Part shown: piece by piece, positions 40,195 through 50,926 of the stretch
How the letters are laid out: every line of letters starts with the position of its first letter
Numbering within the stretch: position 1 is the stretch's first letter
Origin: Bacilli bacterium
GTDB lineage: Bacteria; Bacillota_I; Bacilli_A; RFN20; UBA1709
Assembly: GCA_050949315.1 (NCBI GenBank)
Contig: JBMNFL010000001.1
Coordinates: 192,001-256,000, forward strand
Direction of reading: 5' to 3'
DNA: 64,000 bases
Notes under the pieces: generated by a model
What the model saw: only the letters and a program-made list of their open reading frames with translations
What the model was told of the DNA's origin: nothing
Database searches by the model: none
Program-made: the position numbers and the translations under genes

Positions 40195-40656
40195 ATGATA
40201 AAGATTCTAAATTGGGACCAATATTTTATGAGCGTGGCGAAAATTACGGCTCTTAGGAGCAAAGATCCCAACACCCAAGTCGGCGCTTGTATTGTTAAGA
40301 ATAAGAGAATAGTCGGTTGTGGCTATAATGGTTTCCCCCGCGATTGTGAGGCTACAGAATTTCCTTGGGCTAGAGAAGGGGAATATTTTGAGACTAAATA
40401 TCCCTACGTTGTTCATGCGGAGTTAAATGCTATCTTTAATAGTACGGTAAATCTTGAGGGTTGCACCCTTTATGTGACCTTATTTCCCTGTCATGAATGT
40501 TGTAAAGCCATCATCCAAGCTGGCCTAAAAGAGATTGTTTATTGTGATGATAAGTATCTAGATGAACCAGGCGATGTTGCTGGCAAAAAAATGTTAGCGG
40601 CCGCTAAGGTTAGATACCGGAAAATTCCTGATTTTGAAGTAGAGGTTAAACTTTAG
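40195..40656 (+). CDS. dCMP deaminase
   Basis: RSKDPNTQVGACIV, GYNGFP, HAELNAI, FPCHECCKAI. Confidence 0.93.
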   Translation: MIKILNWDQYFMSVAKITALRSKDPNTQVGACIVKNKRIVGCGYNGFPRDCEATEFPWAREGEYFETKYPYVVHAELNAIFNSTVNLEGCTLYVTLFPCHECCKAIIQAGLKEIVYCDDKYLDEPGDVAGKKMLAAAKVRYRKIPDFEVEVKL

Positions 40657-40658
40657 AT

Positions 40659-41555
40659 TTAAAAGAGGGTTTCTTGTAAACTTTCTTGATATTTTTTGGT
40701 ATTTTTGAAATTTATTTTGGCGATCTTTCCTAAAAAAGCTTCGCCTTTTTCTTTGACGATCCTGTCGATAATCTGATTGACTTTTTCATTAGCCCCTAAG
40801 GGTAAAACATAACCCGTATAGGCGGCGAGTTCTTCCATCTTCTTTAGGAAAACATAACGGGCAAGGATGGAAGCAAGGGCGACGGCTGGTGATTTGGACT
40901 CACCCTTAGTTGTAAACTTAATATCATTAACAATATTTTTTTGTCCTTCTAGGTATTTATAATAATTCTTAGCTGGGGTGAATTGATCAACAACAAAATA
41001 AGGGATTTCTTCATCTTTAACTTTTTTTCTTAATAGGTGCAGGGCTTGATTGTGCAGGGCAGCCTTTAAACTATTCATATTCCAACCCTTTTTAATTAAA
41101 GAATTATACTTTTCATTATCTAAAACCATTAAAGAATAGGGGTATTTACGAATTAATTTTGGTCCGACTGTTAAAATAAAATCATCGCTGAGTTTTTTAG
41201 AATCACGAATTCCCAAACGATTTAACTCTTCAAGATTTTCTTCTTTTACATAACTAGCAACTACGACTATTGGTCCGAAATAGTCGCCAGTACCAACCTC
41301 ATCGCTACCGGCATGGTCGCTACTATAGAGCCATTTTACAGTGGGATCATAACCAAAGATTTCAGCTTCGCTCTGTGCGTTTTTACCTTGAAAAACTGCT
41401 TGCAAGCTATGGTAAATAGTGATAGAACAACCTTTGACCTTGGCCATAAAAATTACATATTCATTAGGATTCTCAACTTGATTATCAGCATAAAAACTTT
41501 TAATCTTTGTTAAAATCTCTTCATCAATCGCCCAAGAAATAATGTTTAATTTCAT
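40659..41555 (-). CDS. rnhC: Ribonuclease HIII
   Basis: GSDEVGTGDYFGP, DSKKL, VDQF, VALASILAR, with an N-terminal TBP-like domain. Confidence 0.93.
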   Translation of the reverse strand: MKLNIISWAIDEEILTKIKSFYADNQVENPNEYVIFMAKVKGCSITIYHSLQAVFQGKNAQSEAEIFGYDPTVKWLYSSDHAGSDEVGTGDYFGPIVVVASYVKEENLEELNRLGIRDSKKLSDDFILTVGPKLIRKYPYSLMVLDNEKYNSLIKKGWNMNSLKAALHNQALHLLRKKVKDEEIPYFVVDQFTPAKNYYKYLEGQKNIVNDIKFTTKGESKSPAVALASILARYVFLKKMEELAAYTGYVLPLGANEKVNQIIDRIVKEKGEAFLGKIAKINFKNTKKYQESLQETLF

Positions 41556-41628
41556 TTCAATCACCGCCTATATTTTAGCACATATTTTGTGACATTTAAT
41601 AGATAATTTGTTATCATAAATAAAGGAA

Positions 41629-43947
41629 GTGATGATAATGCTTGAAACTCAAGCGGTTTTAGAGTTACAAAAGGTTAAAGAGACACTAGCAGAACATGCG
41701 CTTTTAGATTTCACTAAAAAGCGTATTTTAGATTTAACCTATAGCCATGATTATTATCAAATTGAAGAAGAACTGGCTAAGACTAATGAGGCTTTAACGC
41801 TTTGTAATGCTTACGGCCGTTGTCCGATTTCTTATATCCATGATTTGCGAGTAATTGTCGCTAGAGCGAGCAAGGCTTCGCTTCTAAGTTGTGAGGATTT
41901 ATATCGGGTAGCCTCGCAAGCAACCGGCATTGAACAGTTAAAAGCTTTTGCCCATAATTTTACAGGTCAAGCCTTTCCTCATTGCCTTTATTATTTTGAT
42001 GGCCTACTGGCTTTAAAAGCCTTACAAAAAAAGATTGAAAAGTGTATAAGTCCTAACTTTGATCTCTATGATAAAGCCTCAGCAAAACTTGCTAAAATCC
42101 GGCAGGAATTAAGGGATAAAGATCAGGAGATTCACAAGATTTTAGATAGGATTGTTCGTCAAAAAAGTTCTTATTTATCCGATACAATTGTCACTTTACG
42201 CAATGATCGCTTAGTCGTGCCGGTCAAGGCTAATTATAAATATAGTTTTGGGGGCATTATTCATGATGAATCCGCCTCGCAGCAAACGGTTTATATTGAA
42301 CCCGAGGCCACGATTTTACTCAATGCCCAAATGGCTAGTTTACGCCTTCAAGAAGTGCAAGAAATTGAGCGGATTTTACGTGAACTTAGTAAGGCGGTGT
42401 CCTTAGAAGGCGAGACTTTACTCAATAATCAAATCTTGATTGAAGAGATTGATTTTCTTTTTGCTAAGGGAAGTTATGGTCGGGCCCTTGATGCTTCAGT
42501 TGCTAAGTTAAGCAAGGAGCAAGTAATTTTATTAAAAGGGGCCCGCCATCCCTTACTCGATCAAACAAAGGCCATCGGTAACAATTTTGCCTTAGGTGGT
42601 AAGGAACATAAGATTTGTCTAATAACTGGTCCTAATACTGGTGGTAAAACTGTGGCTTTGAAAACGGTGGGGCTTTTAGCTTTGATGAATCAATGTGGTT
42701 TAGCGATTCCCTGTGATTTTGGGGCTGAACTTGGAGTTTTTGAGGCCTTCTTTGCCGATATCGGTGATGGCCAATCACTAAGTCAATCGCTCTCAACTTT
42801 CTCGGCCCATCTTTTGAAACTGAAAGCTATGCTTAACGAGGCAAACTCCAAGTCTTTAGTTCTTATTGATGAATTAGGCTCGGGAACTGATCCTAGTGAA
42901 GGAGAAGCCTTAGCAATGGCTATCTTAGAAGAACTCAAGGAACGTGAAGCCTTAGTTTTAGCCACTACCCATTATCCGAAACTCAAGAGTTTTGCCTTTG
43001 AGGGTGATTATATTAGCAATGCCTCAATGCTTTTTGATGAAGAGGAATTGAAACCAACTTATAAGTTAGTAGCAGGCTTAAGTGGCCGCTCTTATGCTTT
43101 AGAGATTGCTAAGAACCTAGGCTTTTCAGATAAGCTCATTAAGAAGGCTAAAGATTATAAAAGGGCCAATCTAAGCAAGAGTGACCTATTGGTTGAAAAG
43201 TTAGAGAATAGTATTAAAGAAGAGCAGGTTAAATTAGAAAAACTAGGTCAACTTGAAGAAGAACTTCGCAAGGAACAAGAAGAATTAGCTTTAACTAATA
43301 AGCAGATTAAACTTTTAGAAGAAAAGATAAAAGAAAGAGCGGATGAAGAAATCGCTCTTTTAGTGGATGAAGCTATGGAAAGCATCAATGAAACTTTGGA
43401 AAAACTTAAAAAAGAGAATTTAAAACCACATGAAGTTATTGCCGCTAAGGCTGAACTTGAAGGAATTCAAGAAAAGAGTGAAGCGCTAGAAGAAGATCTT
43501 GGTGACTATACTTTCAAGGTTGGCGATTATGTGACGGTGCTTTCGACTAACAAAGTTGGGCGTATCAGTGAAATACGCGGGAAAGACTATTTGGTGGACC
43601 TTGCCGGTCTTAGTTTAAGAGTCAAGGCTTCTAATTTAAGGCCTAGTAAGAAGAAGCAGGAAGAAAAACCAAAGTCCACTTATAAGGTTGAGTCTATTCA
43701 AGTGCCAGTTGAGTTGAATTTAATCGGTAAGCGGGTTGATGAAGCTCTTTCTATGCTTGATAAATATCTCGACGATGTCTTAAGAGCACATTTAAAAAGC
43801 GTCCGCATCATCCATGGTTATGGAACTGGGGCGCTTAAAAAGGCCGTTTATGCTTACTTAAAGGATTGTAAATATGTCAAAGACTATCATCATGCTGGGG
43901 CCTACGATGGAGGCATGGGGGCGACTATTGTCGTCTTAAAGGATTAA
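41629..43947 (+). CDS. mutS2: Endonuclease MutS2
   Basis: ITGPNTGGKT, QSLSTFSAH, DELGSGTDP, C-terminal Smr domain IIHGYGTG; start may be ATG 41638. Confidence 0.95.
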   Translation: MMIMLETQAVLELQKVKETLAEHALLDFTKKRILDLTYSHDYYQIEEELAKTNEALTLCNAYGRCPISYIHDLRVIVARASKASLLSCEDLYRVASQATGIEQLKAFAHNFTGQAFPHCLYYFDGLLALKALQKKIEKCISPNFDLYDKASAKLAKIRQELRDKDQEIHKILDRIVRQKSSYLSDTIVTLRNDRLVVPVKANYKYSFGGIIHDESASQQTVYIEPEATILLNAQMASLRLQEVQEIERILRELSKAVSLEGETLLNNQILIEEIDFLFAKGSYGRALDASVAKLSKEQVILLKGARHPLLDQTKAIGNNFALGGKEHKICLITGPNTGGKTVALKTVGLLALMNQCGLAIPCDFGAELGVFEAFFADIGDGQSLSQSLSTFSAHLLKLKAMLNEANSKSLVLIDELGSGTDPSEGEALAMAILEELKEREALVLATTHYPKLKSFAFEGDYISNASMLFDEEELKPTYKLVAGLSGRSYALEIAKNLGFSDKLIKKAKDYKRANLSKSDLLVEKLENSIKEEQVKLEKLGQLEEELRKEQEELALTNKQIKLLEEKIKERADEEIALLVDEAMESINETLEKLKKENLKPHEVIAAKAELEGIQEKSEALEEDLGDYTFKVGDYVTVLSTNKVGRISEIRGKDYLVDLAGLSLRVKASNLRPSKKKQEEKPKSTYKVESIQVPVELNLIGKRVDEALSMLDKYLDDVLRAHLKSVRIIHGYGTGALKKAVYAYLKDCKYVKDYHHAGAYDGGMGATIVVLKD

Positions 43948-43949
43948 CT

Positions 43950-45704
43950 ATGTTAAGTGATTTACTTAAGGAAAAACTAGCCTTATTAAAGCCCTTGCCT
44001 GGCTGCTATTTGATGAAGAATAAGGATGATCAAATTATCTATGTTGGCAAGGCTAAATTTTTAGATAAAAGGGTTAAGTCCTATTTTAACAGGCCCCATA
44101 ATGGTAAAACGGCTAAGATGGTAAGGGAAATTTTTACTTTTGAAACGATTATCACTTCAACGGAAAAAGAGGCTCTGCTTTTAGAAATAAATCTAATTCA
44201 CACTTATAATCCGCCTTATAATATCCTGCTTAAGGATGATAAGGCTTATCCATATATTCAATTAAAGCTTGATACCCATCCTTACCTAGGAATCGCAAGA
44301 AGGATTAAAGATAAGAATTCTAAATATTATGGACCGTATCCTGAGGGGAAAGCCGCTAGATCTACCCTTAATCTTTTAAATAGGATTTTTCCTTTACGTA
44401 AGTGTCGTAGTTTACCTAAAAAGCCCTGTCTTTATTATCATATCGGTCAATGTTTAGCACCTTGTATCAATAAGATAGCAGAGGAAACCTATCAAGAACT
44501 CATTCAAAAGATCCAGCGTTTTATGCAGGGGGATAGCAAAGATATTCGTGATGAACTAGTAAAGAAGATGCAAGAATGTTCAGAAGCTCTAGCCTTTGAA
44601 CGGGCAAAAGAGTATAAGGAGATCATTGAGGGAATTGATCATATTACCAGTCAACAAAATGTTCAGACGAATAATAAAATTGATAAAGATGTCATCGCCT
44701 TTCATAGTAAGGATGGCGACTTAGCCATCAGTATTTTATGTTTTCGCTCAGGTATTTTAAAACTTAAACACAGTGAGGTTGTCAGTTGTTATGGCGAGGT
44801 TGAAAATCAGTTTATCAGCTACCTTATGCAGTATTATGAAAAGGAATTAAAACCCCAACTTTTAATTATGCCAAAACTCAGTGATGCCCCCTTACTTTCG
44901 GAAGTTTTAGAATTAAAAATTATTGCACCAAGTAGAGGAAATAATTTAGTTTTATTACAGATGGCTGCCCAGAACGCCATTAGTGCGATGGAGGAAAAAC
45001 ACCTAAACAGTAAACAAGATTTGCGGGTTTTAGCCGTTTTAGATGAACTTGGAAAACGCCTTAATATTAAAACGCCTTACCGTATTGAACTCATAGATAA
45101 TTCCCACTATCAGGGTGATGCGGCCGTTAGTGCGGTGGTGGTTTTTATCAATGGTTTACCTGCTAAAAGACTCTATAGGAAATATAAGATTAATAATGAA
45201 GAAACCCGTGATGATGCCGCCAGTATGTATGAGGTTATCTATCGGCGTTATTACCGCTTGTTAAGTGAGAAAGGAAAACTTAGTGACCTTTTGATTGTCG
45301 ATGGTGGGCCCAGTCAAATTCTAGCCGCCAAGAAAGCTTTATCGTCTTTAAATTATGATTTACCAGTAGTGGGTCTTGTTAAAGATAGCAAGCATCAAAC
45401 CTCAGCATTAATGCAGGCTGATGGTCTTTTAATAAATATTCAAGATTTACCAGAACTCTTCTTTCTTTTGAGCAGGATGCAAGATGAGGTGCATCGTTTC
45501 GCCCTCAGTTATCACCATGATAGAAGAAGCAAGGATTTGTTTAAATCAGAACTCGATGGAATAGCAGGTTTGGGTAAGGTGCGCAAGCAAGCTTTACTTA
45601 AGGCTTTTGGCAGTGTTAGCAAAATTGCAGAGGCCTCGTTAGAAGAATTATTACAATATGTTCCTAAAGCCGTTGCTATCGCCATAAAAGATAAAATTGG
45701 CTAA
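43950..45704 (+). CDS. uvrC: Excinuclease ABC subunit C
   Basis: PGCYLMK..IIYVGKAK GIY-YIG, DNSH, DGG, QDEVHRFA, HhH. Confidence 0.97.
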   Translation: MLSDLLKEKLALLKPLPGCYLMKNKDDQIIYVGKAKFLDKRVKSYFNRPHNGKTAKMVREIFTFETIITSTEKEALLLEINLIHTYNPPYNILLKDDKAYPYIQLKLDTHPYLGIARRIKDKNSKYYGPYPEGKAARSTLNLLNRIFPLRKCRSLPKKPCLYYHIGQCLAPCINKIAEETYQELIQKIQRFMQGDSKDIRDELVKKMQECSEALAFERAKEYKEIIEGIDHITSQQNVQTNNKIDKDVIAFHSKDGDLAISILCFRSGILKLKHSEVVSCYGEVENQFISYLMQYYEKELKPQLLIMPKLSDAPLLSEVLELKIIAPSRGNNLVLLQMAAQNAISAMEEKHLNSKQDLRVLAVLDELGKRLNIKTPYRIELIDNSHYQGDAAVSAVVVFINGLPAKRLYRKYKINNEETRDDAASMYEVIYRRYYRLLSEKGKLSDLLIVDGGPSQILAAKKALSSLNYDLPVVGLVKDSKHQTSALMQADGLLINIQDLPELFFLLSRMQDEVHRFALSYHHDRRSKDLFKSELDGIAGLGKVRKQALLKAFGSVSKIAEASLEELLQYVPKAVAIAIKDKIG

Positions 45705-45775
45705 ATCTACCTTATTTTCTTGAACAATTGGGAAGTTTAATCTATAATTAAGCCATATTGGAGGGGCCTTTAATT

Positions 45776-48361
45776 ATGCGAAAAAAAGTATCGAAAGAAA
45801 CTACGAAAACGGAAGAAGTCTTGAAAGAAACCGACGTGCTTGAAAAAGTGTCAAAGAAGAAAGTTTCTGAACAAGAAAAAGCCGTTGCCCCTAAAAAGAC
45901 CAGAAAGAGTACTAGAAAGACCTTTGCCAATGTTGAAACCAAAAATGATGCCCCTAAAGTAGAAAAAGAGAAAGAAAAAGTTAGAAGCTCGAAAAGAGTC
46001 ACAATCAATAGAGGACTATCAGCTGTTGATGTTCAGGAGCGTATAGAGGCTGGTCTAGTAAATATCACGGTCAATAAGAATGCTAAGACGACAAAACAGA
46101 TCGTAGTTAGCAATGTTTTTACTATCTTTAACTTATTAAATCTTTTTGTAGCTACCGCCTTAATTGTGGCAGGTTCTTACAAAAACCTTCTATTTTTAGC
46201 GGTTATTATTTGTAATACCGTCATCGGTATTGTTCAAGAGATTAAGGCCAAGGCTACAATTGAATCGCTATCTTTAGTTTCCGCCCCAGTGGTGACGGTG
46301 GTGCGCGATGGTCGTAAGAGTTTTGTCAAGGCCGATGAATTAGTCGTCGATGATATTGTCATCTTTGAAGCCGGTAAGCAAATTGTCGCTGACTGTGTGG
46401 TTCGCAAGGGTATTGTTGAAGTCAATGAATCACTCTTAACGGGTGAATCAGAGTCAGTTGTTAAGAAATTTGGTTCTTTACTTTATTCGGGTAGTTATGT
46501 AGTATCGGGTGAATGTTATGCCCGGGTTGAAAGAGTAGGGCAGGAAAACTATGTTCAACAACTAGCCGATCAAGCCAAACATTATAAAAAGCCCAGTTCT
46601 GAGATCATGCGGGCTTTAAATCAATTGATTAAAATCATCACTTTGGTAGTCATCTTATCAGGTGGCATCCTTTTCTATAATAATTATGTGGTCGTTGGGG
46701 CTAGCTGGGAAGAGGCAGTAGTGGCGACAGCTGGCAGCATGATAGGCATGATTCCTTCAGGCTTGTATTTAATGACTAGTATTTCTCTTGCCTATGGAGT
46801 AATTCGACTGGGGCAAAGGAAGACCCTAGTTCAAGATCTTTATTGTATTGAGATGCTCGCCCGCGTGGATGTCCTCTGTCTTGATAAAACAGGAACCATC
46901 ACCGATGGGACCATGAGGGTTAAAGATGTGATTGAATATGAGGGCGAAACCGAAAGTAGTTTAAAACAGATTGTGGCCTTAGTTTTAGGTAACACTAAAG
47001 AAAACAATGCCACTGCTGAAGCTTTAAAGAAAAAGTTTGGCATGGTTAAACGAGCAACTACTAGGGCTATCGTGCCTTTTTCTAGTGCCCGTAAATATAT
47101 GGCGGCCTACTTTGAAAATAAAAAACTCTCCTATCTTATAGGGGCCCCAGAATTTGTTTTAAATCAGGATTATAAGGAATCGCTTGTTTCTACTGAGGTT
47201 GATAAATTCGCCCGTCAGGGTTTAAGAGTGTTACTTGTGGCCTCTAGTCCAACTAAAATCACATCGCCCAATCAAAACTTTAGTGATGTTAAACCTCTAG
47301 CTTTAATTACTATTGAAGATGTGATTCGTAAAGATGCGATTGAGACCATCCAATATTTTAAGAACAGCGATGTCAATGTTAAGGTTATCTCAGGTGATAA
47401 TCCCCTAACGGCTTCTAAGATTGCCCTAAGGGCGGGGATTGAAAATGCTAATCGCTCTATTTCTTTAGATGGTATGGCCGATGATGTGGTGGCGAAGATT
47501 GCCGAACACTATACGGTTTTTGGCCGAGTTTCGCCTAAGCAAAAGCAGATTCTTATCCGAGCACTGAAAGAAAAGAAACATACGGTGGCGATGACAGGTG
47601 ATGGTGTCAACGATATTCTAGCCTTAAAAGAAGCGGATTGTAGTATCGCCATGGCCAATGGTAGTGAAGCCACCCGCAATGTCTCACACTTAGTTTTATT
47701 AGATTCTAATTTCTCTTCTATGCCAGCAGTTGTGCAGGAGGGAAGACGGGTTATCAATAACATTCAGCGCGTAGCGACCATGTTCTTAACTAAGACCATT
47801 TTCTCCTTCCTTCTTACCATGATCTGTGTCATCTTTGGCCTTATCTATCCAATTCAATCAATTCAACTCATCATCTTTGATTGGTTTATCATTTCCTTAC
47901 CATCCTTATATCTAGCCTTAGAACCGAACAATACCCAAGTCAAAGGGCGCTTCCTATTTGAGGTCTTCTTAAACGCCTTACCAGGGGCTTTACTAATTGT
48001 CTTTAACTATGGTGTTATTCGCTTATTAGCGCCAGCTGCTGGCTTTAGTGATGCCGTTATTTCAACCCTCACGGTTATCTCAATTATCTGTGTTGGTTAC
48101 ACCGTTTTAGCTAAGGTCTGCCGTCCCTATAACAACAATAGGCGGATTATGTATGCCTTGATGCTGGTTTTAGGTATTACCATGTACTTTACCTTAGGAC
48201 CCATACTCTTAGAAATAGTTGATATCAAAGAGTTAGGAATTAACGCCATTTTACTAGCGATTTGTTTAGGACAATTTATCTATCCCGCTTATTCTTTCTT
48301 AGTCAAAACTGGTCAAGTGGTTCGTAAAGGTGTTTCTATGAAAAACATCGTCAATATTTAA
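45776..48361 (+). CDS. Cation-transporting P-type ATPase (CtpE-like)
   Basis: ESLLTGES, DKTGTIT, ISGDN, MTGDGVND; Lys/Glu-rich N-terminal extension. Confidence 0.93.
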   Translation: MRKKVSKETTKTEEVLKETDVLEKVSKKKVSEQEKAVAPKKTRKSTRKTFANVETKNDAPKVEKEKEKVRSSKRVTINRGLSAVDVQERIEAGLVNITVNKNAKTTKQIVVSNVFTIFNLLNLFVATALIVAGSYKNLLFLAVIICNTVIGIVQEIKAKATIESLSLVSAPVVTVVRDGRKSFVKADELVVDDIVIFEAGKQIVADCVVRKGIVEVNESLLTGESESVVKKFGSLLYSGSYVVSGECYARVERVGQENYVQQLADQAKHYKKPSSEIMRALNQLIKIITLVVILSGGILFYNNYVVVGASWEEAVVATAGSMIGMIPSGLYLMTSISLAYGVIRLGQRKTLVQDLYCIEMLARVDVLCLDKTGTITDGTMRVKDVIEYEGETESSLKQIVALVLGNTKENNATAEALKKKFGMVKRATTRAIVPFSSARKYMAAYFENKKLSYLIGAPEFVLNQDYKESLVSTEVDKFARQGLRVLLVASSPTKITSPNQNFSDVKPLALITIEDVIRKDAIETIQYFKNSDVNVKVISGDNPLTASKIALRAGIENANRSISLDGMADDVVAKIAEHYTVFGRVSPKQKQILIRALKEKKHTVAMTGDGVNDILALKEADCSIAMANGSEATRNVSHLVLLDSNFSSMPAVVQEGRRVINNIQRVATMFLTKTIFSFLLTMICVIFGLIYPIQSIQLIIFDWFIISLPSLYLALEPNNTQVKGRFLFEVFLNALPGALLIVFNYGVIRLLAPAAGFSDAVISTLTVISIICVGYTVLAKVCRPYNNNRRIMYALMLVLGITMYFTLGPILLEIVDIKELGINAILLAICLGQFIYPAYSFLVKTGQVVRKGVSMKNIVNI

Positions 48362-48407
48362 AAAGATATTGAAAATTCCCCATAAAGAGTTTATATTAAA
48401 CTCGCGT

Positions 48408-48484
48408 GTCCACATAGCTCAGTCGGATAGAGCAACTGCCTTCTAAGCAGTAGGCCGGGGGTTCGAGTCCCTCTGTGGACGCCA
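48408..48484 (+). tRNA. tRNA-Arg (anticodon TCT)
   Basis: Acceptor stem GTCCACA/TGTGGAC plus GCCA, D arm AGCTCAGTCGGATAGAGC, anticodon arm ACTGC-CT-TCT-AA-GCAGT, GTTCGAGTCC T arm. Confidence 0.97.
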
Positions 48485-48600
48485 GTTAGCAATCTATGAG
48501 TCCGAGGGGTCGGACTCTTTTTGTTTTTAATCAAGTAATCTTTACAAGAAAAAGAAATTGTTATAAAATTGATATATCGAATTTTAGGAGGCTTACCACA

Positions 48601-48927
48601 ATGGAAAGATTAGATATGTTAAGAGCGCGGATTGAGAAATTCAATGAAGATAGGAATTGGGATCAATTCCATTCTCCTGCCAATTTGGCTAAATCTATTT
48701 CTATTGAAGCAAATGAACTTTTGGAGTGCTTTCAGTGGAATGAAGAGGATTACAATATCGAAAATGTCAAAGAAGAGTTAGCCGATGTCATCAACTATTG
48801 TCTACAAATGGCGAATAAACTCAATGTTGATGTCATTGACATAGTAAACAAAAAAATGGATAAAAGTGAAAAGAAATATCCTGTTGAAAAAGCCAAGGGT
48901 GTTTCCACTAAATATAACAAGTTGTAA
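48601..48927 (+). CDS. MazG-like nucleotide pyrophosphohydrolase
   Basis: RNWDQFHSPANLAKSISIEANELLECFQW, EELADV, KKYPVEKAKG; SD aggagg before ATG 48601. Confidence 0.9.
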   Translation: MERLDMLRARIEKFNEDRNWDQFHSPANLAKSISIEANELLECFQWNEEDYNIENVKEELADVINYCLQMANKLNVDVIDIVNKKMDKSEKKYPVEKAKGVSTKYNKL

Positions 48928-48953
48928 AGATTAAAGAGTTATTAGGAGTTTTT

Positions 48954-50915
48954 ATGGAACAGATAGTTTATCAAGAAACCTTGCAAACATTTATCAATCA
49001 TTGTTTAGTTACAAGAAATATTGCCGATAAAGTAAAAACTGGGATGTTCAATGCGGGTCATGTGAACGTGCTACCTAATTGGGAAACCTCTTGGCAGAAT
49101 TCATTACCCGAGATTGCTAAAGTCCTTCAAAACAGCAGTGTTGATAGTGATGTTGATGTGGCAGTTGAATACAGATTAAAACACAGTTTAGAAAGATTGG
49201 ATTTTCTCATCTATGGACTAGATAAAGAGGATAGGAAGAACATGGTCATTGTGGAATTGAAACAATGGTCAGAAGTTAGTCCCTCAGAATCTTTAAATAG
49301 GGTTCACACAATGGTCGCCAAAAGTTATTTTGAGGATCATTTCCATCCATCATATCAAGCATATAATTATGCCGGTCAATTAAAGGCATTTAATGCTTAT
49401 GTTCAAACTGAAAAGATGGGAATCAAGTCTTGTTCATATTGTCATAACATGGATGCTGGATACAAGACCATAATGGGAGATATACAGTTATATCCATTTA
49501 TTTCTGAATCGCCCTCTTTTCTAGAAAACGATGGTCAAAAGCTTAAAGAGTTTGTTGAAAGGTATGTTTCTAAAAAGTGTCACAACATTCTCTATGAAAT
49601 CAATAAAGCCAAAACCATTCCCTCAGATGATTTTGCCAAACTCATGCGTGAGGCCTTGAGTGGTAATCAAATGTATACGCTAGATATGGGCCAATCTAAT
49701 GCCTTAAGCACCATCGTGGATGCCGTAAGAGAAGCTAGTTACTATAACCAAAAGAAAACAATCATTATTAAAGGTGGTGCAGGTACAGGGAAATCTATTA
49801 TTGCTATCAATGCTTTAGGTTTATTGAATAGTCCAAAGAGAAAAAGCGATAGAATTACAACGATGTTTGTAACTGTTAATGCTGCGCCAAAGAAGGTCTT
49901 ATACAACGGATTAATTGCAGGCAATGCCTTCAAAGGGAGAGACTTAAGCGCTCTGTTTAAATATCCAACTGCTTTCGCAAATAGGCCAAATAATGAAATA
50001 CCTTGCCTTTTGATTGATGAAGCCCATCGTATTTTTAAGATGAAGGGTGGTGTTGGTCTTAGAGCAGGCACAAATATGCTTAAAGAACTTATCAAGGTGG
50101 CAAAAGTTTCAGTCTTCTTTATTGATGACAATCAGGCTGTTACTAAAGATGATTACGCCACCATTGATATCATTAAAGAGATTGCTAGGGAATGTCGCTC
50201 TCAAGTGCTTATAGGACCCGAATTAGAATTAACAGGTCAGTATCGTGTTCAAGGTGGAGCAGAGTATATTGAATTCATTAAATCGTTCCTCGGAATAAAT
50301 GATGAAAAAACCACTTTCAACATGAACAATTCATACGAATTTAAAGTATTTGATGACCCTAATGAAATGTTTGATAAAGTTAAGGAATTAGATACCGAAG
50401 CTAGAAAGAAACAAGCAGTAGCCGATGGAAAGTTTGAATTTGCTATCGATGAATATAATGGTCATTCTAGAGTGGTGGCAGGATATACTTACGAATGGGT
50501 TTCCAACCCTACCACAAGAGATGGTGTTAATGATGTTATCATCGCCAAAGATAATTTTGCAAAGAAATGGAATCTCAGATATGGAAGTGGCTTAAGGGCT
50601 TATTCTTGGGCGGATGATCCCTTGTCTATTGATGAAATTGGTTGTATTCATACCTGTCAAGGAATCGATTTAGATTATTGCGGTGTAATTATTGGAAAAG
50701 ACATTACTTATGAAAATGGTAGAATAGTTTTCCATAAGGATGCCCACCCAACAAGCGATTTCGCAGGTATCCGAACCGCTAATGATGTTGATGCGGAAAC
50801 TTGGATTAAAAATACATACTATGTACTTCTTACAAGAGGTATTCGTGGAACATTTGTATATTGCGAAGACGATGCTTTAAGGGATTATCTAAAGAGCATG
50901 CTAGTAACAGAATAG
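48954..50915 (+). CDS. DUF2075 (Schlafen group 3-like) SF1 helicase with N-terminal PD-(D/E)xK-like nuclease
   Basis: VEY..RLDFLI..IVELKQWS; Walker A GGAGTGKS; IDEAHR; VVAGY; GCIHTCQGIDLDY; YVLLTRG. Confidence 0.85.
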   Translation: MEQIVYQETLQTFINHCLVTRNIADKVKTGMFNAGHVNVLPNWETSWQNSLPEIAKVLQNSSVDSDVDVAVEYRLKHSLERLDFLIYGLDKEDRKNMVIVELKQWSEVSPSESLNRVHTMVAKSYFEDHFHPSYQAYNYAGQLKAFNAYVQTEKMGIKSCSYCHNMDAGYKTIMGDIQLYPFISESPSFLENDGQKLKEFVERYVSKKCHNILYEINKAKTIPSDDFAKLMREALSGNQMYTLDMGQSNALSTIVDAVREASYYNQKKTIIIKGGAGTGKSIIAINALGLLNSPKRKSDRITTMFVTVNAAPKKVLYNGLIAGNAFKGRDLSALFKYPTAFANRPNNEIPCLLIDEAHRIFKMKGGVGLRAGTNMLKELIKVAKVSVFFIDDNQAVTKDDYATIDIIKEIARECRSQVLIGPELELTGQYRVQGGAEYIEFIKSFLGINDEKTTFNMNNSYEFKVFDDPNEMFDKVKELDTEARKKQAVADGKFEFAIDEYNGHSRVVAGYTYEWVSNPTTRDGVNDVIIAKDNFAKKWNLRYGSGLRAYSWADDPLSIDEIGCIHTCQGIDLDYCGVIIGKDITYENGRIVFHKDAHPTSDFAGIRTANDVDAETWIKNTYYVLLTRGIRGTFVYCEDDALRDYLKSMLVTE

Positions 50916-50926
50916 GAGTTTATATT

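Noticed and set aside
45776-46010. Lys/Glu-rich N-terminal extension of the P-type ATPase
   Set aside because: Low-complexity tail with no motif; not distinctive enough to support a claim.
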